Origin: Octopus sinensis
Lineage: Eukaryota
NCBI RefSeq assembly: GCF_006345805.1
Contig: NC_043013.1
Span: 6,324,001-6,388,000, forward strand
Direction of reading: 5' to 3'
Length of the DNA stretch: 64,000 nt
Of the stretch, positions 11,979 to 25,408 are shown piece by piece (the first letter of the stretch is position 1; each line of letters begins with the position of its first letter). The notes beneath the pieces are model-generated. The model did no database searches, was not told the DNA's origin, and worked only from the letters and a program-made list of their open reading frames with translations. The position numbers and the translations under genes were made by a program.

Positions 11979-12273
11979 ACACCCTACACCATTGGATCAA
12001 AGACATTCCAGCAAAGACCATCTCGTCTTTTTCTTTTCCAGATGGACAATGAAATACACGGTCGCGTGCGCGCACACATACATACATACATACATACACC
12101 ATTGTCTTTGACGTCCACGAGAGAGCGTGTTAAACAGTGAAACACAAACTTGAACACACACACACATACATCTGTTATGTTTTCACAAATCGTTAATGTA
12201 TATATGTGTATATATAAATATTTGTGTAAGTTTATATACGTATGTTCTATATAGGCGCAAGAGTGGCTGTGAT

Positions 12274-12650
12274 AGGCGCAGGAGTGGCTGTGTGGTAAGT
12301 AGCTTGCTTACCAACCACATGGTTCCGGGTTCAGTCCCACTGCGTGGCATCTTGGGCAAGTATCTTCTGCTATAGCCCCGGGCCGACCAATGCCTTGTGA
12401 GTGGATTTGGTAGACGGAAACTGAAAGAAGCCTGTCGTATATATATGTGTGTGTGCCTGTGTTTGTCCCCCTAGCATTGCTTGACAACTGATGCTGGTGT
12501 GTTTACGTCCCTGTAAAAGAGACCGATAGAATACGTACTGGGCTTACAAAGAATAAGTCCCGGGGTCGATTTGCTCGACTAAAGGCGGTGCTCCAGCATG
12601 GCCGCAGTCAAATGACTGAAACAAGTAGAAGAGTAAAAGAGTAAAGAGTA
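12274..12650 (+). mobile_element. tRNA-derived SINE family B (head AGGCGCAGGAGTGGCTGTGTGG, CORE-like middle)
   Basis: A/B boxes, TTGGGCAAGT core, internal (TA/TG)n, and GAGTAAAA-repeat tail; the head is locally duplicated at 12252-12273. Confidence 0.85.
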
Positions 12651-12754
12651 ATCGGTCTCTGAGTAAGTTGAAAAATAATATTAAAGAAATAAAAATCTTT
12701 TACAGAAACTGCCGAACAAAATGTTTCAGATTGGTGATACAATCTCCGAAGAGT

Positions 12755-14550
12755 CATCATCGTTTAACGTCCGTTGTCCATGCTGGCATGGGTTGGACGG
12801 TTTGATCAGAGCTGGTAAGCTGCATCAAACTCCAGTCTGATTTGGCATGGTTTCTAAGGCTGGATGCCATTCCTAATGCCAACCACTTTACCGCCACGAG
12901 TGCTTTTCACCACTAGATGAGCAGTCTTAACACTTCTGCTGCGGAGTACAGGTCTTCTTGAGTACAGCAAGGCGCCAGGCATTTCGATCCCCTGAAAGGT
13001 TCAGCGCCCTGAGGTCATTCTTCAGTACTTCCTCCGATGCCTTCCTGGGTCTGCAATTTCCACGTGTTCCATCTACTTTGAGAGATCGGTGCTTCTTTAT
13101 GGCATCCATCTGCATAACCTGACCAAACTAGCGTAGTCTTCTCTCTTGCACACTAATTCCTCTTATGCGTAACTTTTCTCTCAAAACACTAGTACTCTGT
13201 CGAACATGTACACTTACATTACACATCCAGCGGAGCATACCAGCCTCATTCCTTTCTAACCTTCGCATGTCCTCTGCATTTAGGGCCCACGTCTCACTAC
13301 CATGTAGAAGTGCTGTCCATACACATGCATCACACAATCTTCCTTTCACTCGGAAAGAGAAGCTTTTCGTGGCCAACAGAAGTAACAGCTCTGAATTTCC
13401 TTCATCCTATTCTTATTCTAGCTATCACACTCTCCGTGCATCCTCCCCCGCTACTAATTTGGTACCCTGGGTAGCAGAAATTATCGACTACCTCTAATGA
13501 GACCCCAGGGTATTTGAGAGAATCAATTTCCTGAGTCTCTAAAGTTTTTCTGGATCCTGTGCATTTCCACATACGAAAACCATCTTCTCTGATAACCTTC
13601 TTATTAATTGACCACACCTCTTGTGTGTCCATAGCTCACACTGGGTACACTGTATGAAGTCCCTGCCTACACCTTTCCTACAAATCAAATAGTACCACCT
13701 ATCTGAGTGGGGTAGGGTCCTGTCAGTTTTCTTGCTTACGAGGACCTTAGTTTTTGCTAAGTTAACCTTAAGGCCCTTAAATTCCAAGTTTTGCTTCCAC
13801 ACCTGGAATTTCTCGTCAGGCTCAGATATAGAATCCGCTATGAAGGTAAGATCATGAGCATATAGTAGCTCCCCAGGGCCCACCGGTCTTGAATTCTTCT
13901 GTTGTGGCCTGGCAGACAGTGATGAAAAGGAGGGGACTAAGGACTGAGTCTTGATGGACCCCTACCCTGTACACCAAACTCTTCACTGTACTCATAGTAA
14001 ACTCTCACCTTACTAACAGTGACTTTGTACATGGCCTGTACAGCTTTCACCAGCCACTCGTCAATCCCTAGCCCCCTCGGAGCCCACCATATCACACAGC
14101 GGGGCACTCTATCAGAGGCTTTTCCTAGATTAACGAATGTTATGTATAATGGTTTATTCTTAGCTAAGTACTTCTCTTGCGGTTACCTGACGATGAAATA
14201 GTGCCAGAAATGTTTTCCTTTTCCCTGGACGAAGCCGAACTGCATTTTGTCTCGCCTAATTCTTCTCCTAATTAATTGGACTAAAACTCTCTCCATTATT
14301 TCCATCACCTGGTCCAGGAGTTTGATGCCTCTATAATTGCTTCTATCTAAAGCATCACCCTTACTCTTGTAGCAGCTAACAATTATGTTACTACGCCAGT
14401 CATTGGGGACTACACCTTCCTGAATGACCGGATCATCTATGCGGGTGACTAACCCGTATCCTACTTCACTGGATACTTTGAGCATCTCGGCTGTGATTCC
14501 GGATGGACTAGGGGCTTTCTCGGTTTTCATGTTTTTAATTGCCTTATCTA
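12755..14550 (-). mobile_element. 5'-truncated, frameshifted RTE-clade LINE (RT domain, PHD-like insert, C-terminus, 3' UTR with (GAT)n tail)
   Basis: ORFs read KAPSPSGITAEMLK...NYRGIKLL...QFGFV, ELLYAHDL (YADD motif), and DACVWTALLHGSETW...RRLERNEAGMLRWMC. Confidence 0.9.
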
Positions 14551-14940
14551 GGCTAATCTAGACTTAGCTGTTATTTCTAGGAGGCCAAGTGACCTGATAG
14601 GGCAATGTTTATCGACCTCCTTTGTTCCACACTTCACTTTGATTTTCCTCCAGGAACACGGACTCAATTTTCAATGGACAAGTCACACACACACACACAC
14701 ACACGCATATATGATCTTTTACTTGTTTCAGTCATTGGACTGTGGCCGAGCTGGGCACTTGTTTACTCAAACAAATTAATCCCACTACTGTTTTTTTTTT
14801 GGTCTGGTGTATATTTTTGTTGGTCTCTTTTGCTAAGTTTTTAGATTACAAGGACGTAAACAAACCAACACCAGCTGTTGAACGATAGCAGGAACAAACA
14901 CAAACACACGTATGTGTGAGTGTGTGTGTGTGTGTATGTA

Positions 14941-16129
14941 CAGGGTGCTTTAGGTATTTGAGGACATACCTTTTTTGGGGGTCATTGCTGCATTTTTGCT
15001 AACTCTGTATAATCTTTGTTTCAAAAAATAAAAATAGCAGACCCTCAGCTTACTCAAGAAATGACAAGGCCTGCTGTTATTGTGGTTATAAAGGCTGAGC
15101 ATAGCGATTTAGAAATGTCTCAATTTTTAAAAGTTGCCAGAGCTTTCATCTACAAAGTTTGTAAGGAGCTAGAGACTGAAGATGAAAACGGATCACCAGT
15201 ATCAAAGCATAAAAAGCATTCTAAACGCTCTGAAATCATCAGAACACCTGAATTTATCCAGCAAGTTCAACAGACCATTAGTTGCAACCCCAGAAAGTCA
15301 ATGAGGTCAAATGCAAAGATCTCCATGTGTCAGAAGGAACAGTCAGAAATAAGTCTTATATGATGAGGAAAGGTCAATTTGTCAAAAAAAGCAAAAGAAA
15401 ATCACTACATCAGATCTAAAAGGCTCTTAAACAAACTGAAAAATCCAGCAGAAGACTTGATTTGGTTTAAAAAGTTAACAGAAGAAATGACAGATGGCTA
15501 TGTGCAAATCCTTCTGCAGTTCCAAGTGTTATGCACACAAAATTTCTTGCAACTATCATGGTTTTAGAGGTTGTCAGCAATGACCGACATGAGATACAGC
15601 CTTAAGGCCTTAGAGTTAACCTAAATTGAGGTCTTGGAAATAATTGTTAAACCCTGGATAGGCAGTGCATGCAATAGAAGGCCATATGTGTTTCAGTAAG
15701 ACTCTGCACTATCACACATGGATCTAGTAACACAGGAATCGACGGCTGAAAATTTTCATGATCAGGTAAACCCTAACATCTAGCCTCCTAATTTCCCACA
15801 TCGCAATCCATTGGACTATTATATGTGGAGTGGTGTTGAGAGAGAGGTCAATGAACACACGCATAACACCAAAGATTCTATGAAAGCTGCCATAGTCAGA
15901 GTAATGTCCAAAATGAACCAGGACCACTTGATTTGAGCATGTAGATGATTTAGATCTCATATAGAAGCAGTTGTTGGAGTTGAAGATGACTTTATTGAAT
16001 AACATTAGAGAAAAGAAAGTTTATTTTTATCCTCATAGAATTTTTGGATAAATAAAGTTATTATATGTTATTATATATCTGTTTTTTTTTATAAACATAA
16101 ATCTGTCCTCAAATACCTTACACACCCTG
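14941..16129 (+). mobile_element. Defective Tc1/mariner (maT/DD37D-like) DNA transposon
   Basis: TIRs CAGGGTG....AGGTATTTGAGGACA with TA on both sides. Transposase remnants include RTPEFIQQVQ..PRKSMR, a *PPNFPHRNPLDYYMW motif (decayed WPPNSPDxNPLDY), and IEAVVGVEDDFIE. Confidence 0.85.
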
Positions 16130-16150
16130 TATATATTACATACATATATA

Positions 16151-16380
16151 TTTCTTTATTACCCACAAGGGGTTAAACATAGAGGGGACAAACAAAGACA
16201 GACAAAGGGATTAAGTCGATTACATCGACCCCAGGGCGTAACCGGTACTTTATTTTTCGACCCCGAAAGGATGAAAGGCAAAGTCGACCTCAGCGGAATT
16301 TGAACTCGGAACGTAACGACAGACGAAATATGGCTACACTTTTCGCCTGGCGTGCAAACGTTTCTGCCAGCTCGCTGCCT
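16151..16380 (-). mobile_element. SINE family A
   Basis: Reverse complement of the family A consensus seen elsewhere in the window. Confidence 0.85.
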
Positions 16381-18082
16381 ATATATACACACAAACACAC
16401 ATATATAGAAGTAACAAGGACGTTGAGGTATCAGTGTGTTACGGCCGTTTCAAGCAGCTCCATTTAATCAATCAATGCAAACATTACATCAATTATAAAT
16501 AAACTACTCTCCTCAGACACATAAGACCATATAGATTTCCAACAAACAGGATACTCCATTATAATTTTTTACCAAATTTTTCATCAGTGCTATAGACTAA
16601 AATAATTACATATATATCATTATCATCCTTTCTTTACCATCCATTCTCCATGCTGCTGGCATGGTTTGGGCGTTTTGACCAGAGCTGGGAAACAGCATCA
16701 GGTTCTAGTCTGATATGGCTTGGCATCTATGGCTGGATGCCCTTCCTAATGCCAACCATTTTACAGTGTGCACTGGATGCTTTTAATGCACCATACATAT
16801 AGCACAGGCTTACACACAGTTTCTGTTCCCAAATTCACTCACAAGTCACTAGTCGGCCCAGGGTTATAGTAGAAGATACTTACCTAAGATTTCACATGGT
16901 GGGACTGAACCCAAAACCATGTGCTTGCAAAGCAAGCTTCTTAAGCATGCAGTTATGCCATAGATAGATATATAGATAACCAGCAGCTAAGCTCGGTTTC
17001 ACCCAGTTGGTTTGGATGATGTGGCTGTAAAACCTGCTCTGTGTAAGCATTCAACTTGTTTGGGCACGCTTACATTAAAAAGCAATTTTAGAATTATTTT
17101 TTTCTGTCAAAATGCTAAAAAAATAACCAACAAAAAAACCAGTCAAGATTCAACCAAATCAAAAAATAAACCCAAATACTAAGCGAGCAAAAATGAACCA
17201 TCCCACTTCCATTGCGCATGTGCGCGCACATACACATACCCCCCCCCTTTTACATACACACATATATTCACAGAGTTGAATTATTTTTGCAGCGTACAAT
17301 TTCCATCATCCCACTACCAAGTATGACACCACCCCTTCCTTCCTTATTCACCTATCAACCCTTCCTTTCTCATTCATAAACACAAGAGTATCATTATAGT
17401 AGATTATCTCGGTAACCATGGGAGCTATGAAAAAAATATAATGCCCAGCATCACCACTGGATCATTCTACACTTCTGTGTAATTTTTCACGCAATTCCAC
17501 CCAGTCATTTGACTGTGAATCCCAGCTACAGCCGGATGCTCTTCCTACAGAGTAAAGAAGGTAAAGTTACCTTCTCGAGTCACACTGACTCATAAGGGCC
17601 AGTTTCCCTGTTTCCCTGGCGTATTTATTCCCCTCCTGGATGGGATGCCAGTCCATCGCAGAGTTACTCATTTTTGCCTGCTAAGTGGACTGGTGCAATA
17701 TGAAACGAAGTGTTTTGCTCAAGAGCACAATGCATCGCCCGATTAAGGAATTGAAACTACAATCTTACAATCATGAGTCCAGCACCCTAACCACTAAGCC
17801 ACATGTCACTACTTTTACAGAGTGTACTGGGTACTTTTTACATGGCACCAGCACCAGTGGTTTTTTTATGTGGCACTATCACCTGTAGTTTTTACATGTC
17901 CCACCAAATTCCCTCACAAGGCATTGGTTAGGCTGAGACTATAGTAGAGGATACTTGCACTAGCTCAAGGTGCCACACAGTAGGACTGAACTCAAAACTA
18001 CATGGTTGCAAAATGAGCTTCTTAACCATTGTGCCTATAAAACATTTTCTTTCTTTTTATTTTTTTTACCTTTCAAACACAG

Positions 18083-18150
18083 AGACAGCAAAACATGCTA
18101 AAGCACAAACTGATGCTACAGAAGTTAGCAAGATAACCACAGAGCAAAAG
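18083..18150 (+). CDS. Candidate internal exon of an unidentified + strand gene
   Basis: Long polypyrimidine tract with acacag acceptor and AAG/gtaatg donor; only one open frame (xTAKHAKAQTDATEVSKITTEQK). No homology recognised. Confidence 0.35.
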
Positions 18151-18649
18151 GTAATGACCATCACCTCTTGAAACATTGTCTGGATATGTATTTGGCTTGA
18201 ATTTGTGATTCTTGGGATTATCTTCCCTTCTCATATAGAGCTCGTCTTAACTACCATTTGGTTATTATGATACATGTTCTGGACAGTCGAAGCAGATATG
18301 GGGCTTGTTTCTAGCCCTCAAGTCTTTGGCATTCATCACAGGAACCGGGAATGGCTTCAATACACAGCTGGATCAGCTGCCAACAGTCATGCATGGACTA
18401 CTTTGACCCGTGACAGTGAACTCTGTAACAGCCAGCTTAAACCTTCCTGGGTGAATGCTGTTACAAGAAGATGATTTCAATAAACCAAGAATTTTTGTTG
18501 TGTGGTATTTGATATACCTGTATTTGTCTGTGCAGTTCAAATGCATGCCACTGATCACCCTTGACCATAAATGTGTCCTACTCTTTTTTGCATATGTCTG
18601 GAAATAACACTGCAAGTAATATCCGTTGAGCCAGAAACCTGTGACAACA

Positions 18650-18990
18650 AGGTAAAGACCCTCACTGGTCATGAATGACCATGGGATCACACCTAGAAAG
18701 TTCCCCTCTGAGGCACAAGTCTGGCATGGTTGTTTATGGAAAACCAGCAGCCACCCATGCATACCGGCCTCCCCTCTCTGTGCCACCAATGTTACCCAAG
18801 GGAAAGGCAAAGGCTGGTATCGCTTGGTACCAGTAAATGTCGCAACTCATTTCTACAGCTGAGTGAACTGGAACAACATGAAATAAAGTGTCTTGCTCAA
18901 GAACACAACACACAGCCCGGTCCAGGATTCAGACTCACTACCTCATGACTGTGATCCCAACGCTCTAACCACTGAGCCATGCGCCTTCAC
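18650..18990 (-). mobile_element. tRNA-derived SINE family D (related copies at 24440-24700, 36080-36400, 50560-50875, 61020-61310)
   Basis: Shared core GTGTTCTTGAGCAAGACACTTTATTTC...CACTCAGCTGTAGAAATGAGTTGCGAC. Confidence 0.75.
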
Positions 18991-19533
18991 AAACTGCCCT
19001 CTTTATCTCCAGACAATAAACTCGTCCTTTTCCTTAATGGCATGGCAATTTTCTTGTCTTTTACTTGCTTCAGTCAGCAACTGCGACCATGCTGGAGCAC
19101 CGCCTTTAAGAATTTTTAGTTCAATGAATTGACCCCTAATTTAGCGGTTAGGCATGCTATAACAGCATCATTAGACTGTGGCCAGCATAATGGAAAGCGA
19201 TGATCTTCTTCTTCAAATGTAAACAAAAGTACGTGCTCCAGTTTGACAGTAACGGTACTCATACCGTAATTTTGCCCAATTTTTTTATATATATATAGCT
19301 TTTACTTGTTTCAGTCATTGGACTAGTCATGTTGGGAGAATCACCTTGACTGATTTAGGTGTACAAATCGACTCCAATACTTTATTTAAAAAAAAATCTG
19401 GTGCTTATTTCGAAACGTTATATTAGGGGGACGTAAACAAAACTAGCTATCAAGCGCAGATGTACACAGATAAAGAAATTTTAGCCACCAATGCGATGTT
19501 GAGCACTCATTCTCATTGTTCAACATTTGCGTC

Positions 19534-19655
<122 letters not shown>

Positions 19656-19776
19656 AGTAAGAAAATACAAACTGGGACAAGAACGTGAAACATTAGAAGA
19701 CGACACAAAAAACACGGATAGTACATACGAAGCCTTCAATCTTCAGTCAAGAACCGGATCATCTTCGCAATTTCGG

Positions 19777-19829
<53 letters not shown>

Positions 19830-20159
19830 TAACCTCAGTAGATTGTTGGGTGGTTAGTGACTAAACCTTCGATTTCCACACAGTTTTCTGGACAAAGAAG
19901 GTATAAGGGCCCAGTAGGATTACGACACAGATCATGTGTCGCATAGCCAGCTCCTGGGGCTAAGCAACGGTAGCATTCGTCCCAAAATGGGACTGCCACA
20001 TTAGGTTGGCAAAAAATCCTTACTTTATACATATATACGTAAATATCGAACGATGAAAATATATGCTCAACACTGCATTGATGGATATATATCTAATGTA
20101 TGTATGTATATGGCAATCAATATATTACTATATATATAAGTGTGTAGAATATTTCTTAC

Positions 20160-20336
20160 CGTTTTTTGTTTCTTCCGGGGATTCGTTGACCAAAGTGTAA
20201 AGAGAGAAATCGCCTTGTTAATTTTTCTCTCTTGTCGTGCTTTCTTTTTGGTAGAAAGGTTGTCTTCATCGACAGCGGAATATTTCCTTTTTAATTTCTT
20301 TAAATGATCGGATGAATTGTGAGAAGATGTAAACAT
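20160..20336 (-). CDS. REXO5: Probable first coding exon of the REXO5-like gene
   Basis: Upstream acceptor ctttcctgtctctcag, CAAAATG start, and ACG/gtaaga donor in phase 0, compatible with exon 2943-3094. The basic segment LSTKKKARQERKINKAISLF resembles the recalled N-terminus of insect REXO5. Confidence 0.55.
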
Positions 20337-20621
20337 TTTGAAGATGAAAATGACACTCAGCGAATCTGAGAGACAGGAAAGTATGAAATAAATAGAACTG
20401 AACTAATACAAAGTTTAGTAAGTCCTTTTTTCGATTTCTTCTTTGGAAGTTGATTCCTTGTGGCTAATTATTCCATGATGGGACGAAAAAGATGAGAATT
20501 CCCCAACACATGGCTTTGAGACGACATGCGAGGTGTTATTTCAAGGGAGATAACTCTCAACGAAGCGCTACATTTCCTTCTCACTAGAGAGCTTCCTACA
20601 TGATGTCCTCGATCTATACGT

Positions 20622-21006
20622 GGAGGCGCAATGGCCCAGTGGTTAGGGCAGCGGACTCGCGGTCATAAGATCGCGGTTTCGATTCCCAGACCGGGCGTTG
20701 TGAGTATTTATTGAGCAAAAACACCTAAAGGCTCCACGAGTTTCTGGCAGGGGATGGTGGTGATCCCTGCTGTACTCTTTCACCACAACTTTCTCTCACT
20801 CTTACTCCCTGTTTCTGTTGTACCTGTATTTCAAAGGGCCGGCCTTGTCACTCTCTGTGTCACGCTGAATATCCCCGAGAACTACGTTAAGGGTACGCGT
20901 GTCTGTGGAGTGCTCAGCCGCTTACACGTTAATTTCACGAGCAGGCTGTTCCGTTGATTCGGATCAACCGGAACCCTCATCGTTGTAACCGACGGAGTGC
21001 TTCCAC
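20622..21006 (+). mobile_element. SINE family C
   Basis: tRNA-like head with A and B boxes; matches 7470-7852. Confidence 0.85.
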
Positions 21007-21023
21007 CTGATCTATACTAACAG

Positions 21024-21255
21024 AAGGCGGCGAGCTGGCAGAACCGTTAGCACGCCGGGCGAAATGCGTAGACGTATTTCGTCTGCCGTTACGTTCTGAG
21101 TTCAAATTCCGCCGAGGTTGACTTTGCCTTTCATCATTTCGGGGTCGATAAATCAAGTACCAGTTACGCACTGGGGTCGATGTAATCGACTTAATCCGTT
21201 TGTCTGTTCTTGTCTGTCCCCTCTATGTTTAGCCCCTTGTGGGTAATAAAGAAAC
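21024..21255 (+). mobile_element. SINE family A
   Basis: Complete copy from AAGGCGGCGAGC to AATAAAGAAA. Confidence 0.9.
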
Positions 21256-21379
21256 ATATATACTAACTGCTAAATCTCTCTCAAATTGCTCCCTTATTGT
21301 CTTCAAACAGGGCGCAATGAGTAGTGTTGTCCAAGGTACACTATTCACTATGTTCTTAAACAAGACTGAGCACTTCTCA

Positions 21380-21523
21380 ACCAAAAAGAGAAAGTTCCTT
21401 TTAAAATTCTTTCTCCCTTTTCCGTGCTCTCTTTCTGGTAGAAAGTGTGTTTTCATCGATAACAGAATATTTCCTTTTTAAATCTTTGAAATATTCGGTC
21501 GAAGCAGATGAAGATGTTAACAT
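21380..21523 (-). pseudogene. Decayed duplicate of the REXO5-like first exon
   Basis: MLTSSSASTEYFKDLKRKYSVIDENTLSTRKRARKREKEF* aligns to exon 20160-20336; in-frame TAA followed by residual homology (KELSLF). Confidence 0.7.
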
Positions 21524-23419
21524 TTTAACGATGCATTTAATCATAAAGGTGACTTGATTACTGAACAACATAACTCGACGGACTTAACTACTGACTTGTA
21601 TTTCTCCACATCACCCTTAAATTCCTTCCTTATCGTCTCGAAATAGGGTCTGCAGAGTAGTGTTCTTCCAAGGCATACTACTTAATGTCTCCTGAAACAA
21701 AATCGGAATGATAATGACTAAAATATATCTAATTATAGAATCAACTTAAAACTAAACAACAACACTCGTCGAACACAACAGCAGATTGGTGTCCCGCCAC
21801 CGAATTTGTTTCTTTTATGTTTTACTAGTTTCAGTCATTAAATTGCGGCCATGCTGGGGCACCGGCTTGAGGAATTTTTGGTCGAACCAATCAACCCCAG
21901 TGCTTATTCTCTTTAAGCCTGGTACTTATTCTATCGTTTCCCTTTGCCGAGCCACTAAGTTAGGGTCACGTAAACACTGGTTGTCAAGTGGCAGTGGGGG
22001 GATAAACACAAAGACATATACTCATATATATAATTGATGCAATAGTCGTCTGCAGTAAAGGAACTTCTACACATCTAACTGAAGTAGACAACCAATTTTT
22101 TACATGGGATGCATCAATGACAAAAGTTCCATGGGATAGTGGTCACTATAGAAAGATGAATCTTCTCTTTATGCCAATGGTGTGTGTGTGTATTGCTGCA
22201 CGTTTGTCAAACTAATCCCTTTTAAACCTCAGAGTTGAAATGTTGAATTGACTATAAACTTTTTTTACATGGTTTCTATGGGCAAAAACTTCTCGAATAC
22301 TTGATAAATGACCGGTGCTTTAACAGTGATTTATTTTGAGGTTACATTGTATTACAGGATATTTCCATAGCTTTTCAAACACTTTATTTACAGATAAATA
22401 TAAACACTTTACCTGTAGATATAGTTACCTTTGAGCACTCTCTAGCTAATCCATCTTTTATCTGTTGAATAAGAGATTGTATAAACAAACTATTTACATT
22501 TGTTAATACCTGCAGTGTTGGTTAAACATTTGTAGATATATTTTGTAGTACAGCACAGCAATTAGGAATAAGTCTATGTTTTACGATTAATCCATGCTCT
22601 ACCTGTTTCAGAAACCATCTAACTCAGTAGATTGTGGGGTGGTTAATGACTAAACCTTCGATTTCCACACAGTTTTCTGGACAAAGAAGGTATAAGGGCC
22701 CAGTAGGATTAAATAAAACCTGTCAATGTTTGGTGGAGCTCCTGAGAGAAAAGCCAATAGCTAAGCATATCTGGAGAGAGATATCACCAGATTATGCATT
22801 TAATAAAAACATTATAACATGAAGTGAGTAGGTTGTCTGTCTTGCAGTGTAAGTGTTGACACAGTTTAGCTTATTGTAATAATGGTGAAAACTCAATTTT
22901 CTTGTTACTATCCTGAATATCATGGCGTTGTATGTACAATTATTTTATACTATGGTCGACCACACTATTTCAGGTTGCACCATTTGGTTCTTATTGTAAG
23001 TATGGGAACCAATATGCATGCACTTTAATTTGCAGTAATGTTTCATTCTTCCTGCCTAGAAAACTAAGCCTCTTGCAATATTATATGATTTTAAAGGACT
23101 TCTCCCACTCAAAGTTTTGGTACACAACTAAGTCTCCTTGGTTCCTTTGGCTTTGCTGTTTCATCACCCTCCACCCTATGACTTGTTCTATCATCTTTAT
23201 TGGCTTGTCCTGCTGGTATTGGGTGTCTTTTATTTTGTTCCAAAATATATGTAGACATGAGGTGCCAAATCCCTTACAGAATTAGCAGACTCCTGTCCTT
23301 CTGCATGTATGATAGTTGCATAAGTTGATTTAAAATTAGTTCCTTCTTGTGGTTTCTCCAGAAATTTCCATTTCATTGGTCTTGGTGAAGCAGACTAGTT
23401 GTCAAATAGATTGGCAATC

Positions 23420-24000
23420 CCTTGTGAGTCAAAGACATGCTGAAGATGTCACTAACTTCACCTTCTGTGCCAGCATTATTGCTACAGAACAGGGTTCTGA
23501 GGCAGAAGTCAACCTGAAAACCAGGCAAGCAGTGGCAGAATTTGGAGAAATGAACTAGATCTGGGATATCACTTCAAAAAACAACTAAATGAAGATCCTA
23601 ATGTGTCAAAGCAGTGTCTTGCCAACAGTCGTCTGTGCATGAGAAACTTGGAAAATGACTGTCAAGCTCATTCCGCGGTTGGATGCATTCCATCAACAGT
23701 GTCTATGCAGAATACTCAAGAGCACCTTTAGGGACAGAATCTCAAACTCTGAAGTCCCAACAAGAGTCAATCTGTGCAGCCTGCAAGATATTGTGGTGGG
23801 AAGAAGAATGAGGTCGTTTTTCAACTGCTCAGAAGAACAAATATTCTGGACAGCCATACAATGAGTATCACCAGAAAGTTGAAGAAAGAGAAAGAGACCT
23901 GAGAAGACATAGCATGTCACCTTCAAACGTCTGAGGCAACTTCAAATCGCTTGAAAAGATGTGGGCAACTATACTCAAAACCGGAGTTATTGCAGATGTC
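23420..24000 (+). mobile_element. Degenerate RTE-like LINE C-terminal fragment
   Basis: VTNFTFCASII...RQAVAEFG and LDAFHQQCLCRILK..RISNSEV motifs. Confidence 0.65.
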
Positions 24001-25408
24001 AAGCTGCCCAAAGTATGAAAGGAATTATATCTAAGACTGGCCTAGGAGTCTTTAGCCAGCGGGGCATTGAAATTCTAAGGCAGGATCTTGAAGTTAGTTG
24101 TGTCTTTTGTCACCAAGATATAAAGACAATTAGAGCTTATGACTGAATTTTGGATTTCCTTTCCCTATCATGTATAATATCTAATCCCAAACTATACCTT
24201 TTGAGATACATAACTGTTCAGGCAGGAGTTAAATACTACAAGATATAGTGGTTTTGAAGCCAAATCTCTGGACACTCAGACATCATGACCAAACCACAAT
24301 ATTTCACAGCTATTTGGTTTATTCAGCCTCAAGCCATTGCAGGATTCAATCTTCTAGAATCTTCTTGTGCCCTACAAAAAAGGCCACTTTTGGTGGAAAT
24401 TAATTGAAGAATGAGGTGGTGAATTTGATTACTGGAATAGGTTGTGTGTTGTGTTCTTGAGCAAGACACTTTATTTCACGTTGCTCCAGTTCACTCAGCT
24501 GTAGAAATGAGTTGCGACGTCACTGGTACCAAGCTGTATCGGCCTTTGCCTTTCCCTTGGATAACATTGGTGGTGTGGAGAGGGGAGGCTGGTATGCATA
24601 GACTGCTGGTCTTGCATAAACAACCTTGCCTGGGCTTGTGCCTCAGGGGTTTAACCGTGTAGGTGCAATCCCATGGTCATTCATAACCAATGGAGATCTT
24701 TTTCTAATATATGCTTATTATTTTGTTGTTCGTCTGAAAGGAACTGGGATTTTTTTGTTTGTTTTAAGTTGGGTAATTTTATTTGTTTTTATTTGAATAA
24801 TAATTTTAACTTCATCAACTGATTATTTTCAAGTGCATACCTTAACATGATATCAATTAGTTTGAGGTTAAAATCTAGTTTACCACTGTATAAAATAGTG
24901 TATAGACACAGGCATTGCTGACCAAAACTTTGCGAGTGGATTTGGAAGGCGGAAACTGAAAGAAGCCCATCATATATATATATATTGGCCTGCTCGCTTA
25001 GCCAGCGGGATGGCGTCATTTGAAGGCTAAAACAATGCGAAGCGCATTGTGACCAGCGATGTGTAGCAACATCTGATAGCCTGATTGGTCATGGTGATCA
25101 TGGTGATATATATATATATTTGTTTGTGTGTGTCTTTGCCTACCCCAACTCTCTTGACAACCAATGTTGGTATGTTTATGCCCCTGTAACTTAGAGGTTC
25201 AGCAAAAGGGACCAATAGAATAAGTATCGAGTTTACAAAGAATAAGTATTGGGGGTCGATTTGTTCGACTAAAAGGCAGTGCTCCAGCATGGTCGCGGTC
25301 AAATGACTGAAACAAGTAAAAGATTAAAAGAAAAATACAATACAGTGTTTATTATAGAGTTGTAGAATTGCTTAGTTCTGGGGTTCGGAGTATTTGGTCT
25401 GGTAATGT

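Noticed and set aside
16405-16462. GAAAC-GGCC-GTA half hammerhead on the minus strand
   Set aside because: The palindromic helix III and cleavage triplet are present but the CUGANGA half is missing; only a truncated remnant.
19835-20032. Cys-rich 65-aa ORF as a real gene
   Set aside because: No recognisable family, lies just inside an intron, and is only partly shared with the 22619 copy.
20622-20690. tRNA genes at SINE heads (also 7975 and 56356)
   Set aside because: No complete acceptor stem, and each continues into a repeated SINE body.
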